DNA of 64,000 nucleotides from the NCBI GenBank assembly GCA_951406725.2, contig OX597814.1:177196001-177260000 (forward strand). Reading direction: 5' to 3'. Of the stretch, positions 14,967 to 28,409 are shown one piece after another. Position numbers and translations under genes: made by a program. The notes beneath the pieces were generated by a model that searched no databases, was not told where the DNA came from, and saw nothing but the letters and a program-made list of their open reading frames with translations. The number at the start of each line of letters is the position of its first letter. Position 1 is the stretch's first letter. The DNA is from Octopus vulgaris. Taxonomy: Eukaryota.

Positions 14967-15586
14967 GCCCTGATGCAGTACCATGCCCTGATGCAGTAAA
15001 TGCCCTGATGCAGTACCAGGTAGTGGCTAAATGCCCTGATGCAGTACCAGGCAGTGGCTCTCATGGCTTCTGATCTTAACTGATTGGAAGTGTTATCATG
15101 TACATTGTTTTGTCTTGGTATAAAAGATGGGCTACAGCAAATATTCTGCTCAATACCACAGATTTGCTTGTCAGTTGTTTGACCTTAACCAGTTGAGCAT
15201 GTCCCTTAGTGGCTGACGATATGTGCATCTCTGATCACGAGCAGAAGTAGTGGGGGAACATCATAGCCATGTGTTGAGAAGGATTCTTTGGGGTTTGAAT
15301 AATTCACCTCTGGAAACATGGGTGTTTTGTTCAATGTCCTTAAACAACCCTTATTCAGGGACCTTTTGAGCGGGATGGGTTACTCGATCTGAAGAAAATT
15401 CTAACTGGGTTCCACCTGCAAGGTCATGTGCTGTTTATCTTGATATGAGATCACCATGTCGCGCACATATGGTTGTGATGCATGTGCCTGGTGTACCCTT
15501 ATCAGACGGGTAGTCATGATGGGTATACTGGGCTTCGTATATTTTACCCCAGTGTCACTTTGATGGCATGCTCTGCTCGCTCACTC
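14963..15586 (+). mobile_element. ~600-bp non-coding (AAT)n-associated retroposon, longest copy
   Basis: Same sequence at 16688-16855 (+), 60270-60813 (-) and 62604-62972 (-). All keep the ...CTC(T/G)CTCACTC-AAT end and are variably truncated at the other end. Confidence 0.85.
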
Positions 15587-15725
15587 AATAATAATAATAA
15601 TAATAATAATAATAAGAAGAAGAAGAAGAGGAAGAAGGAGTAGAGGTTGAAGTAGAAAAAGTAGAAGAAGAAGTAGTAGAAGTAGAATAAGTAGAAGAAG
15701 AAGAAGAAGAAGAGGAAAAAGAATA

Positions 15726-15759
<34 letters not shown>

Positions 15760-15857
15760 GAAGAAGTAAAAGAAGAAGTAGGAGTTGAAGTAGAAGTAGA
15801 AGTAGAAGAAGTAGAAGAAGTAGAAGAAGAGGAAAAAGAAGAAGAAAAAGAATAATG

Positions 15858-15891
<34 letters not shown>

Positions 15892-16248
15892 GAAGAAGAA
15901 GAAGCGGTACAAGAAAGCTTTGGGGAAAAATTTGAAATAAACATAAGAAAATTATGAAACGAAAGAAGCCGAAGAAAAAAATAAATCTGGCGTCAGTGAG
16001 GTAAAAACGAATGCTAAAAATTAGAAAATACAAACGAAAATCAGAGGATACAAGTAAGAAAAAAAAAATGAATAAATAAAATGTAGATGGGAAGAAAAAA
16101 GAAGAGAGGAAGGAGAATATGAAGGAGTTGAGAAAGAAGAAGTAAGGATGAAGGAGGAGACAAATTGTAGGAAGAATAAGAAGAAATTAATAGGCAGAAA
16201 TGCGTCAATGATAATGATATTAACCAGCCTCAGTAGCAGCAGCAGTAG

Positions 16249-16281
<33 letters not shown>

Positions 16282-16358
16282 AAATATCATCAGCAGCACG
16301 ACTTTTTCTTCTTCTTTTTCTTCTTCTTCTTCTTCTCCTCCTCCTCCACCTTCTTCTT

Positions 16359-16445
<87 letters not shown>

Positions 16446-16605
16446 GTTATTATTAATAATTATTATTATTATCATTATCATTACTATTATCATCATAGTT
16501 ATCATGATGATGTGGATGAGGGTATGTTGATGATGAGGATGGTGATGATGATGATGAGAGTGATGACGTTGACAATGTGGACGATGGTGACGACGACGAT
16601 GATGC

Positions 16606-16656
<51 letters not shown>

Positions 16657-16687
16657 TAATAATAATAATGATAATAATAATAATAAT

Positions 16688-16855
16688 GAGGTCATGTGCA
16701 GTTTGTCTTGATATGAAATCACCATGTAGCGCACATATGGTTGTGATGCATGTGCCTAGTGTACGCTTATTAGACAGGTAATCATGATGGGCATATTGGG
16801 CTTCGTATATTTGTACCCCAGTGTCACTTTGATGGAATGCGAAGCTTTCTCACTC
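16688..16855 (+). mobile_element. 5'-truncated copy of the ~600-bp (AAT)n retroposon
   Basis: Matches 15421-15586; (AAT)n on both sides. Confidence 0.85.
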
Positions 16856-16859
16856 AATG

Positions 16860-16942
<83 letters not shown>

Positions 16943-19322
16943 CGTTTCTTTATTGGTCACAAGGGCCGGACACAAAACAAATAGGATCAATATAAAACTG
17001 GGGACACGTGGGGTTTAACATAAAAATCGAGTAAACAATATAATAACAATGACAGTTACCTATACAACTAAACAATAAAATTCTCCAAAAGTGCGAAGTT
17101 CTTCACAGGGACAACCGAGGAACCCCACACATTTTGGTTATTCCGCCAGATGCACCTCAGCAGGCGGCTCTCCCCTCAACTCCTCCGGTTTACAAACGAA
17201 AGTTCAGAGTAGGCCCGTACACACAAGCCATCCTCACAAAACGCACCCACCTTTCAACAAATTTACTCAGGTTGGGGAGCAGAAGTTCCCTCTCTACTCT
17301 GTCTTTCCTTTAAAAGTGGAACTTGAAAAAGTCGTGGAGGGCTTGGCCGAAGAGGAAAGTACCTCTCTTCAGTCCTTTCAATCTCGTCCACCATACTACC
17401 TCCTTCGCCATAGCCACCAGTATGAGGAAAACTACCTTTTTTTCCCGGCGGGGCTATCTTCACAATGGACTCGGTTGATAACCGGATCCGTCCTAGATGT
17501 GATAACAGGTGTCCGACAAAGCTCCACAAGTCAGTAATGCACGGGCACTGGGCGGGTGCGTGCAGGGCGGTTTTGTCGCTCTACGTACACCTCGGACAGG
17601 TCCGTCTGACAGTATTTCTATGTCTGTAGAGCTTGTTCGAACCGACAGAGCTCCTCGGTGGGACTGCCAAGCCAGGGATTTCTTGAAGTTATCCATAAGC
17701 TCCGGCCCGAAAGTCCTCCGGAAAAGACCAGTTAATTGATCCATTTCTGATCCCTCCCGCCGCTCAAAGTTTCCCCGAGGACGTCGTCACTCTTGCCCGC
17801 CACTAATCCCTTATAGAACTCCATGGTGGAACTTACACCGACCGCGTTGCTCGACTAGCAGAAAGCTGTCAGCGCTTGACGAAACTCCAGATGTCAAGCA
17901 CCCTTTCTTGGTCTACGCTTGATCCAGGACTGTAGCTCTGTCAATGAGACGAGCTGCAGAAAATCCTGCTTGACAAAACGGTGACCAGACTTGTTCAGCG
18001 TTAGTAAAATGCTGGAGATACTGCAACCTTAGCGCATGTCTGCGCATCACTAGCCAAGGCATGCCCAATCCTGCACTCAGCGGCTGTTGATAGTAGTGGA
18101 CCGTCTGACGAGTGGAACACATCCATTCCACAGAAAGTGGAATAGCAAGTGCTTCAGCTTGGTCAGCCATGAAGTAGGGCAAGGGACGACGGTCAGGTGG
18201 TAGTAGATAACGGAAGCGATGTACTCATTCGCCATCTCCACCCGACCTTTTAGGGACAGCTTCCACTCTGCACATTTCTGGGTGAGATTGGCTACCCTGC
18301 TCATCATGGGTGAGATTGGCTACCCTGCTCGTCATGGGTGAGATTGGCTACCCTGCTCGTCCTGGTGAGATTGGCTACCCTGCTCGTCCAGGTGAGATTG
18401 GCTACCCTGCTCGTCCTGGTGAGATTGGCTACCCTCCCTCCAGTTCTTGTCCACCTGGAGGTTCGGACCAAACCAGACCGCGAGCAATTTGACTCTTCAT
18501 TCCGTCCAGCGCCCTACCGCGCTGTCGGTTGGTATGGACCTGCCTCTCCAGGTGCCGAGCTACAGGCTCACTAACGTATCCTGACTAATTTTTGCTCCTG
18601 TTCCCGCTCCGTACTCTCTTAAAGTAGTGCTGATCACCTCGATTTCCGAGCTGTCCGATACTATTACGGTGATGTCGTCCACATAAACTAACACGAACCT
18701 TCAGCATCCTAGGTTACGTGTGATAACCCTCGAAATATCCAACTTCCTCAGTAATAGCTCGAGAGCCAGCACGTACAGAAAGGGCGAGAGTAGGCATCCT
18801 TGACTGACCGAGCGAGCGAGCGATGCTAAACGTTTCCGAAATATGGTTGTTTACTTTAACCATCGAACAGATACCGCTATACATCTCGCCTCTGAAAACG
18901 GGACCGAAGCCGGCCGCTGTGAGGACAGCCTCCAAATTTGATGATCGACCTGGTCAAAAGATTTTGATTGATCCAAATTGATCAGAGCCCTACCCATGCA
19001 AGGTTTCTTCCCAACCCTCTCTATGATGTAGCGAGTGAGGTGGAAGTTGTGGATAGATCTGTTCCGGATAGCGCATGTCTGCGCGTTACCGACCAGCTTA
19101 CCGACAAGTGCCAACCTCTTGGCTGACACCTTGGTCAAAATCTTATAATCTGCATTTAGCAGAGTTATAGGCCTAAAACGATCTAATTGGTCCCCATTGT
19201 TCGGGTTCTTTCTCAGAAGCATCACAAAACTGGGCATTCTCTCGCTCTGCTGCCAGTTGTGGTAGACATCCGCCTAGAGATCACCGAAAACGTCTGGCAT
19301 ATGAAGTTAAGGCTCGAAGGGC
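16943..19322 (-). mobile_element. Tx1/L1-clade LINE, 5'-truncated ORF2 (RT plus C-terminus) pseudogene
   Basis: FRPITLLNADYKILTK, LINLDQSKSFDQVDH, VRQGC-type segment, YVDDITV, LSLKGRVEMAN, LFHFLW, GLGMP, FVERW. 3' UTR ends AATAAAGAAACG-(ATT)n. Many frameshifts. Confidence 0.9.
18281..18437. repeat. 27-28 bp tandem repeat, 6 copies, inside the Tx1 RT
   Basis: GGTGAGATTGGCTACCCTGCTCGTCCT units start at 18281, 18309, 18337, 18364, 18391, 18418. Confidence 0.95.
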
Positions 19323-19329
19323 AAAGAAA

Positions 19330-19520
19330 CGTCTGACCAGGATGAAGCGCATGCTGTTCCATTTCTTATGGAGGACACAAATTTCACTGATCAAGAAACG
19401 CGTACTTCATGGTGGCTTCGATATACCGTCACTAGTGATGCACAGGCAGGAACTGAGGTTGACGTACTTGCAGAAATATCTGGACCTCTGCGATGACAAC
19501 AAAAAAGGATGACCAAAATG
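19330..19520 (+). pseudogene. second, diverged Tx1-like ORF2 fragment in opposite orientation
   Basis: TRMKRMLFHFLWRTQISLIKKRVLHGGFDIPSLVMHRQELRLTYLQKYL aligns with TKLKHLLFHFLW...GLGMPWLVMRRHALRLQYLQHF of the adjacent element. Confidence 0.75.
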
Positions 19521-19637
19521 AATGCAAATTATTATTCGCGTCTTTTGTGTGACGCTTTTTTCTGAGTCTGCCTTTTTGTCACGGAGGTCACCTTTGCCTG
19601 TCATCCTTCAGACCTTCTACTTATAGAAGAATTATCA

Positions 19638-20013
19638 TTATTACCTCCGCCTTAGCGAAGGCGGAGATATTGTTTCAGTCATGTTTGTTTGTTTGTTTGT
19701 CTGTTTGTCCGTAGACAAGATATCTCAGGTACCGCTGGATGGATTCGGATGAAATTTTCAGGGATGTTTGGCCTCGTGACAGGCACGAAGTGATTAGACT
19801 TTGGGATCGATCCAGTACCAGACAGAGATTTTGGATCACTTTTCCTGTTTTCTTAATTTTTGAGAGCGGTCGGCTTAATTTTTAGTATTCTCGTTTGTGA
19901 AAGCAGTCGAGTTTATTTCGGATATTCTCTTTTTGAAAATCCTCTCTGGCTAATCGTTGAGAGGACGTTGGTGTTGCCTTGGCGGAGGTTTGCGCTCTCT
20001 GAGTGCTCTTGTT
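19638..20013 (+). mobile_element. Helentron/Helitron2-type non-autonomous element (HINE/DINE-1-like)
   Basis: 5' TTATTACCTCCGCC with local hairpin, (GTTT/GTCT)n tract, subterminal inverted GGCGGAGGT, 3' hairpin GCGCTC-TCT-GAGTGC, T-rich ends. Confidence 0.75.
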
Positions 20014-20109
20014 GTTTTTATCATCCGCTATTATCACTATCGGAATAGCAATACCAACCTGGTCACAATCATCACAATCAGTAACAACGTCATAATAATT
20101 TCTAGTATA

Positions 20110-20288
20110 TGCAGAAGGCGCGAAATTTTTGGGGACGGCACTAGTCTAATATATAGAACCCAGTGCACAGTTCTTTTATCGACCCCGAAAGGATGAAAGG
20201 CAAAATCGACCCTGGTGGCATTCAAACTCAGAACTGCCGCTAAGCCATTTGTCCCGAGGGTTAACGATTCTGCCAGCTCGCCGCCTTA
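20110..20288 (-). mobile_element. SINE family B, degenerate
   Basis: ttttatcgaccccgaaaggatgaaaggcaaa ... tctgccagctcgccgcctt. Confidence 0.8.
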
Positions 20289-20319
20289 TATCAATACCAT
20301 AATAGTAATGATGATGTAG

Positions 20320-21020
20320 ATCCGCTTCCTCCTTCTCCTTCTCCTACTTATCGTAGTCATCATCATCGTTGTCCTATTCTTCTTTCTCCTAGTCGTCCGC
20401 ATTATCGTCCTATTCCTCCTCATCATCATGGCCGTTGTCCTATTCCTCCTCCTCCTCCTCTTCCTCCCCCTCCCCCTCCCCCTCCCCCTCCCCTCCCCCT
20501 CCATCCTACCTCCTCCCCTCTCTCCCCTCTCTCCCCTCTCTCCCCTCTACACCCCTCCCCTCCTCTCCTCCGCTATTCCTCTCCTCCCTTCCTCTCTCTT
20601 CTTCCTCCCCATCATTTCCTCCTTTCTTCTTCCTCCTCCCCCTCGTCCCCTCTTTCCCCCTCCCCTCTTTCCCCCTCCATCTCCCCTCAAAACTACAACC
20701 TTCCTCTTCTTCCACGCCGTCCCCTTCCTCTTCCTCCCTCTCATCTTCCTCTCCTCCTTATCTTCCTCCTCCTCTTTCTCTCCACCACTTTCTTCTTTTT
20801 CTTCTTCTTCTCGTCCCATTCCCCTCCTCCTCCTACTTCCACTCCTCCTCCTCCTCCTCCTTCTACACCTCCTCCTTCTACATCTCCTCCTCCTCCTTCT
20901 TCTCCTCATCCCCTCCCCCTCTTTCCCCCTCCTCCTTCTTCTACATCTCCTCCTCAACCTTTCCTTCCCTCTTCTCGTCCTTTTCCTTCTCCTCTTCTTC
21001 CTCCTCTTCCTCCTTTCATT
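20320..21020. repeat. polypyrimidine (CT-rich) low-complexity tract
   Basis: ~700 bp almost entirely C/T. Confidence 0.9.
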
Positions 21021-21711
21021 ATCGACACTTTAAACGATCAGCATCAGCATCAGCATCACCATCACCGTCACCATTACGATAGAATAAGAATATCTTTATT
21101 TACCTAGTCATGACCTCCTGTGTAAAGCAATGTCGAGAGACGACAAGAGATGAAAGCATGGTTTCATATCAAAAGAGGAACTCAACTGTTCTGTTTACTT
21201 CACTGACGAACAGTAAGTTGGCCTAAACAACAAATATGTTTTCCTATTTCCTCTTTGCTCTTCTTGTTCAATACAAACAGCCACGATCATACATGTACCT
21301 CATCCACACCTCCATACACATTCGAACACACGTACGCGCTCACACTAGAACACACGCACATACATACGCACAGACACACATAGATACACGTAGACACACA
21401 CATTTTCTTTCTCTACTGCATAGACATACTCGTTCTTGTACATGAGTATTTGCATTGATATACATAGAAACATATACAAACTTGCACACACACACGAATA
21501 CGTACACGCACGCACACACATATACCACGTATATACAGGCACAAATACAAAAATGGAAACACCTACATTCACCCATACACAATTCTCAGTGCACAATTTA
21601 ATGGTTTTTGTGCTTTTATTTTGCCCACGACCTCTTGTGGTTTTGTCTGCTTATAACCCCTCCATTTATTGTTCCCTTCGCACTATTTGGCCGATATTCC
21701 TCTTATATATG

Positions 21712-21753
<42 letters not shown>

Positions 21754-21758
21754 CATAC

Positions 21759-21824
<66 letters not shown>

Positions 21825-22001
21825 ATGTATATATACATATATGTATATATATATACATATATAAGAGGAATAACCAACGGGAAACTCAGAGTAACAGGTT
21901 TTGTTGAATTTTCTGCTGCTTTAAATAAAGCATATTACTCTACCACTGGTATTTGAGTACTCTTTTGTCCACCTTGTTTCACATTTATGTGTTTACTCCG
22001 G

Positions 22002-22062
<61 letters not shown>

Positions 22063-22495
22063 TATATGTGTGTGTGTGTGTTTGTGTTTGTATGTGGGGG
22101 TGTATGTATGTATATGTGTATTAAACAAATGATAGAGACAGAAAATCGAATACACATGAAACTTTAACGCGTGCGTATATCCGTGAATGACAGTTGTATT
22201 AACGTTAACATCCACTGCCACTCAACGCTGTTCTCCCCTTCCCTGATATCAGCCACACTTACTATGCTACCACATTTTCTTCACACCCTTCTTATTTTGC
22301 ACCCTTCTTATTTTACCAAATAATAGTCTCCTCCACCTAGGGAGCCCATTACAGATTTTTATTGAAATCCAATTAGCCTATAATTGAACTGGATGTTAGT
22401 TTAACAAGTATGCAAAGTTTTGCGAAGATTGGTTCTCTGGTGTAGGCAGCAAGATGGTGAGAGAAATCGACAGAAATTGCCATTTCTGTATAAGA

Positions 22496-22616
<121 letters not shown>

Positions 22617-22855
22617 ATGTATGTATGTATGTATGTATATATGTATATGTGTATGTATTCCCTTACATTTTTCATCTATTTCACTGCACCCAAGCTGAAG
22701 TACAGCCTTAAAGGGGTTTTAGTCGAAGAAATCGACCCCAAGACTTATTTTTTGTAAGCCTAGTATTTATTCTATCGGTAGTTTTTGCCGAACTGCTAAT
22801 ACATACATACATCCATCCATACATACATACAAGATCAGTGTATACATATATCTAC

Positions 22856-22940
<85 letters not shown>

Positions 22941-23499
22941 AATATGTATCTACCTATCTATTTTTCTTTATAGATTGGTATATGATAGTTATTCGCTTGT
23001 GACCTAGGTAGCCTATTAAGAACATTATGTACTCAGACAAATTTAAACTTTACACTTGTTGCTCCCGTGGTAACTACTGAGCCCAGCTCTTGATAAACAT
23101 ACACATATGCAGGTATTGCAGATCAAGCTTCCCCCATTCACTGCATTGGCGGTTTGTTTTCGAACAGCTCACTTCAATTCTAAATGGAAAATGCATGTTC
23201 TAAATGGAAAATGCACTTCTTCACTTGTTTCTGTTATTGGTGGCGATAACAAGCGTTGCATTCATAACTGACCTCCACTATTCACATGCCTTCAACTTTA
23301 CACATGCCTTCAACTTTACACCATCCATAAATCGTAGTGGGTGTGCTTTTCACAAACAAATTCGCTATGGGGATTCTCCGATCATTTATTCAAGTGATAT
23401 GTTAGTCTAGCATAAATGGCGCTTATGCACCATCGCCTCAATGGGTTAAGTTTAGGGTCAGGGTTAGGACCTCGGATCTTCTCAAGACCTTTGAGCAGT

Positions 23500-23656
23500 G
23501 GAGTCCTTGGATATGTAACTCATTGCCTAAATACAAATCTTGAGAAATTAAGCTTCTCAAAACCGGAAAGGAGAAAACTAATTTGAAGACTACAGATCCA
23601 ATCCATCACCGGAACTGTAAAAATCTGTAAAACTTTCCAGACGTTTATCATTTAAA
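23500..23656 (+). mobile_element. 3' fragment of an RLE-type LINE (same family as 37925-38405)
   Basis: Reverse complement of ~38168-38320; family tail seen again at ~24055-24093 beyond the CR1 fragment. Confidence 0.7.
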
Positions 23657-23696
23657 TATAATAATAATAATAATAATAATAATATATAATAATAAT

Positions 23697-24040
23697 GAAA
23701 TTATTGTATACAGTGCTCAGGTGCACCACAACTTGTCAGAAAGTGCATATAAAGTACATGCAGTAATGTAAAAATGTCTGGAAAGCGAACAATGTATGAG
23801 TCAGATACATGCCTGTGTGTGTATGGAGGGGAGAAAATCAGGTGTAGTGTTGGCGAATCTCAGAAAGCATGGAAGTTTTGAAGGATGCAGTGCTCCGACA
23901 ACTAACAACTGATGCCGGCAGTTTGTTCCATGCCTCATCAACTCTCAGCGTGAAAAAATGTTTCCTGAAGTCATAGGAGCTGTGTTGTTTTCTGACTTTG
24001 TAAATATGTCCACGGGTGTTCTTTGTAAATATGTCTACGA
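23697..24040 (-). mobile_element. CR1-clade LINE 3' end
   Basis: NTRGHIYKVRKQHSSYDFRKHFFTLRVDEAWNKLPASVVSCRSTASFK, the typical CR1 C-terminus, then 3' UTR and (ATT)n tail. Confidence 0.88.
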
Positions 24041-24164
24041 GCATGGCTAGGTTGTTTTTCTATTGACAAGAAATCTTGAAATAAAACTGAACAATGACAT
24101 GCATACGTACATACATACACACATACATATATATGCACATATAATGCTTATATGCATACATACA

Positions 24165-24196
<32 letters not shown>

Positions 24197-24993
24197 CATA
24201 CCATACATATACACGCATACACACTAGCACACATAGATTTAGAAAAATGAAAACCGTTAAAGCGCTTATACAAACGCTTTCTTCCACCAGGCCTGTGTTA
24301 ATTTGTTTCATTTAAGATTTATTTTAATATAATTAATGTTTTTATAATTTCAGAAAATCTCTTTTCAAACAAAACTCACGTGCGCGCGCACACACACATA
24401 TGAATGTAAATTTATACATATATTATATATTATATATATATATATATATCTATATGAGTGTCTGTATGTATTTGTATAAATTTCTTGTTTATCGATAACA
24501 TGAAAGGCTTATTTTTAAAAACATGGTGTATACTGACAGCTATTTAAATTTGTCAAACACCATACTCATGTTATTTTCTTCATTAAAACACATACATTAA
24601 TGTTAAGTCTAGATTCTAAAAGGTCAAAGCAAATTTATGCAATTTGCTTTGGAAGAAAAACTGTGCATAACCTATTAGTAATACGGCTGATCATATAAAT
24701 TGGTTACTAATGTAGTCTTCAAGTATTTCTAGACACATGGTAGTAGACTGTATATAAACACTTCTATATAAGTTTCCTAATGGAACACTGTTTTTACTGT
24801 TGTTATCTAATTATATCATTTATAGTTGTCTGCGTGAATATGTTGGAATATATTTTATAGATAGATAGCTAGCTAGCTAGATAGATAGATACACACATAC
24901 ATACATACATACATACATAGATATGCATATGTAGTTTTATATATACATGTGTATATATATATATATGTATATATAAGTATATGTATATATAAG

Positions 24994-25030
<37 letters not shown>

Positions 25031-25298
25031 ATGTATATTTCCATACATATATACGCACACATGAATATATGTAATGTATACGATATGGTGCACATATACA
25101 AACATGATGCATATAACACAGGCATACATGAATAAATACACACACATTAACACTCACACACACATACACACACACACGCGCGTACGCACAATACACACAT
25201 ATATTTATATACAAGCATAATACATATATACACACGCGCGCACATACATTCATACAAACATATATATGTATGTGTGTTTATAAATACACAAATGTATA

Positions 25299-25346
<48 letters not shown>

Positions 25347-25429
25347 AATATATATATATATATATGTATATATATTCATACGTTCACATACGCATGCTTA
25401 CATACATGATTCAATACATAACTTTTGAT

Positions 25430-26880
25430 TAAGAAAGCTACACTGTCTCAAGTGAAAAAACATCAGTATGGCTTGATTATAGGAAGATATTCGACTCTAT
25501 TCCCCACTCATGGCTGTTTGAAGTGTCTAGATTTGGCGAAAGCTCTTGTTACCTTAATTGCCGTTCTTGAGAGGCCTACAAAGTGCTAGACAACAATTCT
25601 TACACTTAGAACTGAGACTGGAACGATCATCTCAAATATTATAATAAAAGGTATATTCCAAGGTGATAGTCTTTCTGTAATTCTGTTCATTTTGGCATTA
25701 AACTCATTATCATTCCTTCTACAAAAATCAAATGGCTACATGCTAGGGCTTGGAACTGCTAAAGATATGAATTTCACTGATAATATCTTAGTGGATGAGC
25801 TCGAGATTGATGTAAAACATGTTAACAATGTCAAACAATACAACTGGAATTAATAACATTTTTAGCTGTCATAGGAAAGGAATTTGGCCAAAAGAAATGT
25901 GTTCCGTTGATTGTTGAACAGGGGAAAATTAGCCCTCAGAACCCTAACCTGCACATAAATGATCTTCCTATCTCTCATGTCCCTCACAAAGAATGCTACA
26001 AGTACCTAGGCATTGATGAAACTATATAACCGTAGAGTGATCCGTAAGTATTATACCAAACTTAGAAAAATATGGCAGTCAGAACTCTCTTCATACCACA
26101 TAAAGAATATTACACAATGCATTTGCAGTACCAGTGCTGATTCCAACATTTGGGATACTTGACTGGACTGTGGAGGAAATCAAATCCATAAACATTAAAA
26201 TCCGAAAAGTACTGACATTAACTGGAAAACTCCTCAGAAATGATGATATCGACAAATTCTACCTAAGAAGAGATGAAGGAGTTAGTGGCTTGGAATCTGT
26301 GCAAATAACCTTCGGATATCATATAGTCTCTCTCAGACAGTATTTGCTAAACAACGGCAGCAAGCATAAATACATTAACTTATTGCTGAAAAGTAAAGAG
26401 AACAATATCCTATGTGTCGACAGGGAGCTCTTTATGAAGCACCCTCTTTTGGATGATATCCCACAAAACCTCAAAACAGCCACATTAACATTCCTCAAAA
26501 GACTACGCAGTGATATCAATATGACGCGCAGCTTCTCTTGGACTCGTGATTGCTGTATTACATCACATTTCGAACGTTATGCATTTGTAATCCCAGAATA
26601 GGAGATTGCTACGAAATAGTTAATAAACAGAAGAGATAATGAAGTCCTTGGTGCTCCAAGATGCAACCAAAAATACAGATCGTGTCATATTTTTGCGGAA
26701 GTCCTCACATGTGATTAGCAGCCGCCAAAAAATATCGCAAAAACAATATACAATGTCATTCGGGGGGGAGAAAAACTGTCGAATAACTATAAAGACACCC
26801 ATCCCTGTTTTTGAAAACATACTCAAACAACAACACAAGGTATACTGGTGGAACATTCCCATCTAAGCATCCATCAAGTT
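25430..26880 (+). pseudogene. R4/Dong-like (RLE) LINE reverse transcriptase remnant
   Basis: WLDYRKIFDSIPHSWL, KGIFQGDSLSVILFILALNSLSFLL, YKYLGI, AFAVPVLIPTFGILDWT..EI..I..KIRK.LT, FYLRRDEG; heavily decayed. Confidence 0.85.
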
Positions 26881-27607
26881 ACTTGCTTCCTCGGAAACTT
26901 CATGGACAGACCAGTGCCACGTTTTACAGATTATAGCATACACCTCAGTAATGTGTCTGCCGTATTATAGAAAGTTGTCCTGATTTGGGCTAGTCATTAG
27001 CAGACGTTCTCAGCGAGTCGAAACACATACTACTTATGACATTGCGTCCTGCCCAAACAATCTTCTTTGTAATCGGTTGTGGTGTTAGTAAAGACGCCAT
27101 GAAAGTTTTTCTCTATTTGCAGAAGAATTTCACAAAAACCTGTTGCTCTCTCAAGTTCTTAACTGATTTTGATATTTCTTTTGTACGAATTTACATTTTG
27201 ACTTGTTAAAATTTTCACTAATGTTTGTTGGGTACAAATGGTTTGGTACAAATCTGGTTTTGCCGCATACTTTTCATTTTCGCATGCATCAATTTCACTT
27301 TAGAATAGCAGACTAGTGATTAAATTTTGTTACTATTTAGCATGGAATTGGGTTGCATTTATTGCTTATTAACCACTTCTATCATATCATATCCGACCAT
27401 ATCATCGGAAATCTAATGAAATTAAAAGGTGGTGAATTAATAACCCTATACAAATTCACTTTCATGTAAATTGTAAAGAATACTTTACATAATTTAAAGT
27501 CGGTTTTAGTTCCTGTCTGAGAAAAAAAAGAAGAAATTCTACACACATATACTCACTCAGTATATTTGCAAATATACAAATATACACAAGCACTCAAAAT
27601 TTCACTC

Positions 27608-27671
<64 letters not shown>

Positions 27672-27673
<2 letters not shown>

Positions 27674-27955
27674 AGGTGCAATGGCTCAGTGGTTAGGGCA
27701 CCGGACTCGCGGTTTCGATTCCCAGACCGGGCGTTGTGAGTGTTTATTGAGCGAAAACACCTAAAAAGTTCCACGAGGCTCCGGCAGGGGGTGGTGATCC
27801 CTGCTGTACTCTTTCACCACTCTTTCTCCTACTCTTTCTTCTGTTGGCCTGCTCGCTTAGCCAGCGGGGTGGCGTCATTCGAAGGCTAAAACAATGCGAA
27901 CGCATTGTGACCAGCGATGTGTAACAACATCTGATGGTCTGGTCGGTCGCGTGAC
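27672..27955 (+). mobile_element. SINE family C (tRNA-derived head)
   Basis: Box A TGGCTCAGTGG and box B-like GTTTCGATTCC, followed by a non-tRNA body; lies between (GT)n and (TA)n. Confidence 0.7.
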
Positions 27956-28088
27956 ATATATATATATATAAAGTAAACTGATAATAACAAAGGGCACCAA
28001 AAGAACACACACCCAGTGGTAATCTATTAATTTGTATTCATTTGCCTATCTATAAATAAGTATCTGTCTAAGCCCATATATATATATA

Positions 28089-28222
28089 CAGGGTGTCCCG
28101 GAAGTCGCGCACTATTCTGGTTTCCACTTAAAATAATAAAAGCATTTTATTTTATAATATTTTTTTCTGCATGTTTTATTGTAGAGGGTGCCCAATTTGA
28201 GCGAAACTTCTGGGACACCCTA
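28089..28222. mobile_element. tiny Tc1/mariner MITE (~134 bp) in (TA)n
   Basis: TA-CAGGGTGTCCCGGAAGT ... ACTTCTGGGACACCCTA-TA inverted termini. Confidence 0.85.
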
Positions 28223-28409
28223 TATATATATATATATATATATGTATATGTTATACAAATATATGTATGTTTATATACGAATGCGCGTGTTTGTGTGTGT
28301 GTGTGCGTGAGTGTATGTGTGTGCATGTATGTGTGTGTATGTATCGTGAGGATGAAAACACTAAAATCAAAACAATGATGTGTATAGTTCCGACAGACTT
28401 GGACCTCTT

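Noticed and set aside
23451-23468. Telomere-like TTAGGG units
   Set aside because: Only about three imperfect units; too short to call interstitial telomeric sequence.
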